64,000 nucleotides of DNA from contig JAHCII010000004.1 of the NCBI GenBank assembly GCA_026129305.1, positions 10,446-74,445 of the forward strand. Reading direction: 5' to 3'. The first letter of the stretch is position 1; every line of letters begins with the position of its first letter. This document shows positions 59,646 to 64,000 of this stretch, piece by piece. The position numbers and the translations under genes are program-made. The notes under the pieces were generated by a model, which searched no databases, was not told the DNA's origin, and saw only the letters and a program-made list of their open reading frames with translations. Source of the stretch: Anaerolineales bacterium. Its GTDB lineage: Bacteria; Chloroflexota; Anaerolineae; Anaerolineales; UBA11579.

Positions 59646-60244
59646 GCCGGCGCCTGGGGATCTTTGGCGGCACCTTTGACCCGCCGCATCTGGGGCACCT
59701 GATCCTGGCCGCGGAGGCGCAGGCCCAGCTGGGCCTGGAGCAGGTGCTCTTCGTGCTTACTCCCCAACCCCCGCACAAGCTGGATAAACGGATCAGCGCG
59801 CTGCAAGACCGGCTGGATCTGCTGAATGCCGCCATCCGCGGCCAAAGCATCTTTGAGCTCTCCACGGTAGAGATCGAACGCCCCGGCCCACACTACACCG
59901 TGGACACGTTAGCCCAACTGGCCGGCCTGTATCCCCAGCACGAATTCGTCTATTTGATCGGCGGCGATTCCCTGGAGCATTTGCCCAGCTGGCATCGCCC
60001 CATCGATTTTCTGGCAGCCTGCGCCGCCCTGGGCGTTATGCTGCGGCCTGGCGCCCAGCCGGACCTGGCCGCCCTGGAGGCGGCCCTGCCCGGCATCAGC
60101 GCCAAGCTGGAACTGGTGGACGCGCCTTTGCTGGAGATCTCCTCCAGCCAGATCCGGCAGCGGGTGCGCGCGGGCGGCCATTTTCGTTTTTACCTGCCCG
60201 GCGCAGTCTACGAGTTAATCTTGCAGCGCGGCCTATATAAGTAG
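59633..60244 (+). CDS. nadD: nicotinate-nucleotide adenylyltransferase
   Basis: GIFGGTFDPPHLGHL...ISSSQIRQRV. Overlaps obg by 13 nt. Confidence 0.9.
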   Translation: MAGLSRRLGIFGGTFDPPHLGHLILAAEAQAQLGLEQVLFVLTPQPPHKLDKRISALQDRLDLLNAAIRGQSIFELSTVEIERPGPHYTVDTLAQLAGLYPQHEFVYLIGGDSLEHLPSWHRPIDFLAACAALGVMLRPGAQPDLAALEAALPGISAKLELVDAPLLEISSSQIRQRVRAGGHFRFYLPGAVYELILQRGLYK

Positions 60245-60308
60245 GGGCGGCTTGCAAGCCGCCTTACGGGTTGTCTTTCGTGCATCCTGAGCACTTCGTT
60301 ATCTGTTG

Positions 60309-60334
60309 TAGGGGCGATGCATGCATCGCCCCTA
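60309..60334. terminator. perfect 26-nt palindrome between convergent nadD and peptidase genes
   Basis: TAGGGGCGATGCATGCATCGCCCCTA. A second palindrome GGCGGCTTGCAAGCCGCC lies at 60246-60263. Neither has a U-tract. Confidence 0.45.
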
Positions 60335-60349
60335 AGAGATAAACAGTGG

Positions 60350-61813
60350 CTAGTCCTCGAAGTACTCGGCAAGCAATCCGCGGATATCCGTATCGCTGTG
60401 TTGAGCCAGGATGGCGAAGAAGTCATCCTGGCTCATGATGCGCCCGCGGCCCTGCTCAGCATAATCCCGCAAGAAGGCGAAGAAAGCCTCATCGCCTGTT
60501 TGACTGCGCAGCGCATGCAAGAACTGCGCCCCGCGCATGTACACCGCGCCGACATAGGACGAGAAGCCCTCGTGATCGTAAATGCGGCTGTCCACGTTGC
60601 CGCTGGGGGCAAAACGGCCAATGCGGAACTCCCACCACCAATCCACCAGGTTCGGCTGGACCGCTTCATAGTAGAGCAACTCGGCGTAAATGCTCAGGCT
60701 TTCATCCAACCAAGGCTCCAGCGCCTGATCACTGCCCACCTGGCCAAACCACCAGTTGTGGGTAATTTCGTGGACGGTCAGCATGGTTAGGTAATTGCGG
60801 CGGTCATAGCTGTAGCGCCTGAAGTAGTGAATATCCAGAAAGAACAGCCCGTCCGATTCCATGCCGTCCGGAAACCCGGCGATCACGATGGTGGCGCTCT
60901 GGTAAGGGTATGGGCCAAACAAGTCCTCGTATACTCGTAAAGCGTCTGCCGCAGCCAGCAGTGCAGCCTGGGCCGCATCGCGCAACCCCTCATAGTAATA
61001 GATCGAAATAGGGATGTCGCCCTGGCGGGTTTGCAGCCGCAGGTAGTGCGCGCTGGCCGACCAGACGAAGCGCCGCGCATTCTCCAGCCGGTAGCGCCAG
61101 CCGTCATCTTCAGGCACAGCCGGTGCCGGGGCGGCCACGCTCAGCGTGGGAGGGCCGTTCACCACGCGCAGGTGCACGTCGAAGTCGGCGCTTTCGTATA
61201 TGCCATGTTCGCCGACGGCCGCTGGCGGATGGGTAACCCAGCCCCGACCCTGAATATAGGGGGGCACATAGGGATACCAGTCGATGAAATTGGTCTGCCG
61301 CTCGGCCCAGCTCAGCATGCCTGCGCCCTGCGGCAAGTACAGGCGATACTCCAATGCCAGGCTCAATGTTTCCCCGGGGGACAGCGCTGCGGCCAGCGGC
61401 AGGCGCAGCAGGCCGGCCTCAATGCTGTGTTCACTTGTGCTCAGGGCGGGGCCGGTGGTGCTCTGCAAGTGCAACAATTCGACGCCGGCCAGTTGGCGCG
61501 GCGCCTCCACCACCAGCCAAATCTCCTCCAGTGCCTGAGTGGTGTTGTTGGTGTACTCGATCTGCTGGTCGACATCCAGGCGGTGGACGGCATAGTCCAG
61601 CACGGCCTGCAGTTGGTAGCGTGTGCGCAGAGCTGGGGCGGGCGGTGCGGCTGGCGGAGTTGTAATCTCTTCTGCTATGGGCGTGGGTGTAGAGTTGGCG
61701 GCTGCTGGCGGAAATGGGGTCTGGGTCGGGAGGGTGGTTGCGGCGGGCGGTGGGCTAGGCGTCGCGACACAGCCCGCCAGCAGCCAGGTCAACAGCAGGC
61801 CGCGCAGCCTCAT
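60350..61813 (-). CDS. M1-family zinc metallopeptidase lipoprotein
   Basis: Lipobox LLAGC. HEITHNWWFGQV...WLDESLS (HEXXH + E). Confidence 0.8.
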   Translation of the reverse strand: MRLRGLLLTWLLAGCVATPSPPPAATTLPTQTPFPPAAANSTPTPIAEEITTPPAAPPAPALRTRYQLQAVLDYAVHRLDVDQQIEYTNNTTQALEEIWLVVEAPRQLAGVELLHLQSTTGPALSTSEHSIEAGLLRLPLAAALSPGETLSLALEYRLYLPQGAGMLSWAERQTNFIDWYPYVPPYIQGRGWVTHPPAAVGEHGIYESADFDVHLRVVNGPPTLSVAAPAPAVPEDDGWRYRLENARRFVWSASAHYLRLQTRQGDIPISIYYYEGLRDAAQAALLAAADALRVYEDLFGPYPYQSATIVIAGFPDGMESDGLFFLDIHYFRRYSYDRRNYLTMLTVHEITHNWWFGQVGSDQALEPWLDESLSIYAELLYYEAVQPNLVDWWWEFRIGRFAPSGNVDSRIYDHEGFSSYVGAVYMRGAQFLHALRSQTGDEAFFAFLRDYAEQGRGRIMSQDDFFAILAQHSDTDIRGLLAEYFED

Positions 61814-62451
61814 TGCAGCCGCACCGGGGCAAAGCTGCGCCGGTGCTGGGCGCAGGGCCCATATTGCTCAATGGCGCTGCGATGGGCTTCCGTGGCATAG
61901 CCTTTGTGCGCGGCAAAACCATACAGGGGAAAGCGCTGGTCCAGCTTGCACAGCTCCGCATCACGCGCCACTTTGGCCACCACCGAGGCCGCCGCAATGC
62001 TCAGGCATAGCGCATCGCCGCCCACGATCGGGCTTTGCGGCAGGTCCAGTTCCTGCAGCCGCAAATAGTCCACCAACAGATGCTGCGGAAGTACGCGCAG
62101 ACCCAGCACGGCGCGCTTGGCCGCCAGCCGGGTGGCTGGGGCAATCCCGATCCGGTCAATTTCCCTGCAGCTGGCTTTGCCAATCGCAAAGCCCAGAGCC
62201 TTTTCCTGAATGATCGGCGCCCAGGCTTCGCGCTCGGCCCGGCGCATCTGCTTGGAGTCACGCACGCCGTCCAGTTCGGGCAAGATACTTTTGCGAGCCG
62301 GCAAGATCACCGCCGCGGCGTAGACCGGCCCGGCCAGTGCGCCGCGGCCGACTTCGTCGATGCCGGCTATCAGGCTCAGCCCCTGCCGCCAGAGTGGCAG
62401 CTCAAACTGCAAGCTGGGGCGCGGCCTCTCCACGGTGATCACTTTAGGCAT
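61810..62451 (-). CDS. rnhB: ribonuclease HII
   Basis: Trimmed to ATG 62451: IAGIDEVGRGALAGPVYAAAVIL...DSKQM...HKGYAT. Its stop overlaps the peptidase ATG as ATGA. Confidence 0.9.
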   Translation of the reverse strand: MPKVITVERPRPSLQFELPLWRQGLSLIAGIDEVGRGALAGPVYAAAVILPARKSILPELDGVRDSKQMRRAEREAWAPIIQEKALGFAIGKASCREIDRIGIAPATRLAAKRAVLGLRVLPQHLLVDYLRLQELDLPQSPIVGGDALCLSIAAASVVAKVARDAELCKLDQRFPLYGFAAHKGYATEAHRSAIEQYGPCAQHRRSFAPVRLQ

Positions 62452-63166
62452 AGCGCCCCTGGCGGGCGTTGCGCCGCACGGTGAGCACATCACGCAGCAT
62501 TTGCAGCGCGTCGTGCAGCGGTCGCACATGGCTTTGGGGACTGTAATACCAGGGGATTGGCAGTTCCAGGATCTGATAGCCCAGCAGGCGGGCAATGTAC
62601 AGAATTTCCACGTCGAAGGCCCAGCCCATGATCGTCTGGCGCCTGAAAAGCGCTTCAGCGGCTTCGGCCCGGAAGCCTTTGAAGCCGCATTGCGTGTCGT
62701 GCAGTCCGGGCAGGGCCAGCAGGCGGATCATGGTATTGATCGCCCGCCCGCCAATATGGCGGTGTTCCGGCTCGTTGTAGCGGACCGCGCCAGGCGCCTC
62801 GCGTGAGCCGATCACCACCGGAACGCCGCCTTGCAGCAGTGCCAAAAAGCGGCTGACTTCCTCCACAGGCATCGAGAGGTCCGCATCCAGCATCAGGCGC
62901 AATTCACCGCGCGCCTCCAGCATGCCCAGCTTGACCGCCAGACCCTTGCCGCGCCCAGCGGCGCGCAGCACCCGGAAGCCTGTATGGGCGCGGCAAAACG
63001 CCTCGGCCACGTCGAAGCTGCGGTCTGTGCTGCCATTTTCAATGATCAGTACTTCGCTGCGATAGGGCTGGGTTTGGACGAAATCGCGGATCTTGGCCAA
63101 ACTCTCCGGCAGGCGCCGTTCTTCGTTATAGGCAGGGATGATAAGGGAGATGAAGGGGCCGGTCAC
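62444..63166 (-). CDS. family 2 glycosyltransferase (polyprenol-phosphate glycosyltransferase-like)
   Basis: ISLIIPAYNEERRL...LIIENGSTDRS...D(A)D. Start placed at GTG 63166. The track ATG at 63220 would overlap the divergent dtd gene. The start is uncertain. Confidence 0.75.
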   Translation of the reverse strand: MTGPFISLIIPAYNEERRLPESLAKIRDFVQTQPYRSEVLIIENGSTDRSFDVAEAFCRAHTGFRVLRAAGRGKGLAVKLGMLEARGELRLMLDADLSMPVEEVSRFLALLQGGVPVVIGSREAPGAVRYNEPEHRHIGGRAINTMIRLLALPGLHDTQCGFKGFRAEAAEALFRRQTIMGWAFDVEILYIARLLGYQILELPIPWYYSPQSHVRPLHDALQMLRDVLTVRRNARQGRYA

Positions 63167-63194
63167 GCGAGAATTATATACGCCCAGGGCGCGA

Positions 63195-63203
63195 TGGTAT
63201 ACT
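63195..63203 (+). promoter_or_regulatory. extended -10 element of dtd (leaderless arrangement)
   Basis: TGGTATACT ends 7 nt upstream of the dtd ATG (63211). No SD is present. Confidence 0.5.
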
Positions 63204-63210
63204 GCGCGCC

Positions 63211-63648
63211 ATGCGTGCATTGGTGCAGCGGGTGCGCTCGGCAGCGGTCACCAGCGGCGGCGAAGAGCTGGGGCGGATTGCCCAGGGCGTTGTGATTCTG
63301 CTGGGTGTAGGCCGGTCGGATGGCGAAGCCGAAGCGCAGTATTTGGCGGAGAAGATCGCCCAGTTGCGCATCTTTGAAGACCCCCAAGGCAAAATGAACC
63401 TCTCGCTGCTGGAGATTGGCGGGCAGGCGTTGGTCGTCTCACAGTTCACCCTCTACGCCGACGCGTCCAAAGGCCGTCGTCCTTCGTTCACCCAAGCCGC
63501 CCCGCCGCAGCAGGCCGAACTGCTGGTCTCACGCTTTGTCGAGTTTTTATGGCAGCACGGCGTGCCCACCGCCACCGGCCGCTTTGGGGCTGAGATGCTG
63601 GTGGAAATCCACAATGACGGCCCGGTGACGCTTTGGTTGGAGAAGTGA
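63211..63648 (+). CDS. dtd: D-aminoacyl-tRNA deacylase
   Basis: MRALVQRV...VILLGV...LVVSQFTL...GRRPSF...NDGPVT. Confidence 0.9.
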   Translation: MRALVQRVRSAAVTSGGEELGRIAQGVVILLGVGRSDGEAEAQYLAEKIAQLRIFEDPQGKMNLSLLEIGGQALVVSQFTLYADASKGRRPSFTQAAPPQQAELLVSRFVEFLWQHGVPTATGRFGAEMLVEIHNDGPVTLWLEK

Positions 63649-63662
63649 TCGTTATTGACTGT

Positions 63663-64000
63663 TCACCATTGACTGGTTGACCACAACCCCACATCCACCT
63701 GCACGGCGATCGCGCCAGCCGCCAGCAGGGCCTCGCCGTCGGTCGGGGAATAGACGCCGCCCGCCGCGATCACCGGCAGGCTTTGTCGGGCCAGTTGGCG
63801 GGTTGCCTCCAGCGCCTGGGGCAGCAGCGCCGGGCCATACAGCCGCCCGCTCACCAGCTGCCCACGGGCTGCGGGCAGGCTGCCGCGCGCCGGCCCCAGG
63901 CTGATCGCGGCGGCCCCGGCTTGCAAGGCGGCCTCGCACAGTTCGAGGGCACGCGTCAGAGGCAGCTGGGCTATACAGGGCAGTTCGCCGCGGCCCGCCT
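63663..64000 (-). CDS. dihydroorotate dehydrogenase-like TIM-barrel flavoprotein, C-terminal part (gene continues beyond the window)
   Basis: The frame stays open to the window end. C-terminus ...SGRLYGPALLPQALEATRQLARQSLPVIAAGGVYSPTDGEALLAAGAIAVQV resembles the PyrD-family C-terminal FMN-binding region. Confidence 0.5.
   Translation of the reverse strand, partial: AGRGELPCIAQLPLTRALELCEAALQAGAAAISLGPARGSLPAARGQLVSGRLYGPALLPQALEATRQLARQSLPVIAAGGVYSPTDGEALLAAGAIAVQVDVGLWSTSQW

Overview
GC-rich bacterial chromosomal window, almost fully coding. The many long antisense ORFs in the track are typical high-GC shadow ORFs. I support about 70 protein genes, 4 tRNAs, a family of short hairpin repeats, and several intrinsic terminators and promoters. 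I saw no rRNA, CRISPR array, transposase or integrase. Housekeeping content: priA (5' fragment), lipB, fused glyQS, recO, rnhA, dnaA with a 741-bp non-coding upstream region (candidate oriC), yebC-ruvC-(MgtC/DUF4010)-ruvA, the F1 cluster atpAGDC, mreB, rex, obg-nadD, rnhB and dtd. Accessory or unusual content: (1) a radical-SAM/GNAT Elp3 homologue placed divergently next to a Trm9-like methyltransferase and translationally coupled to a hexapeptide acyltransferase, followed by higBA and three self-contained tRNA units; (2) a roughly 15-kb iron-acquisition block next to dnaA. It holds an imelysin-like lipoprotein plus FTR1 permease fusion, a YkoE-type ECF transporter next to a HutX/ChuX-like heme carrier that shares an upstream 12-mer, and an Fe-siderophore ABC operon with an FhuF-like reductase whose binding-protein gene is disrupted by a homopolymer frameshift at codons 3-4; (3) a DprE2/DprE1-like pair. 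Gene content (bacterial Elp3, fused GlyQS, split atp cluster) suggests a Chloroflexota-like lineage, but this is inference only. All functional calls rest on motif recognition in the supplied translations. No database search was run.
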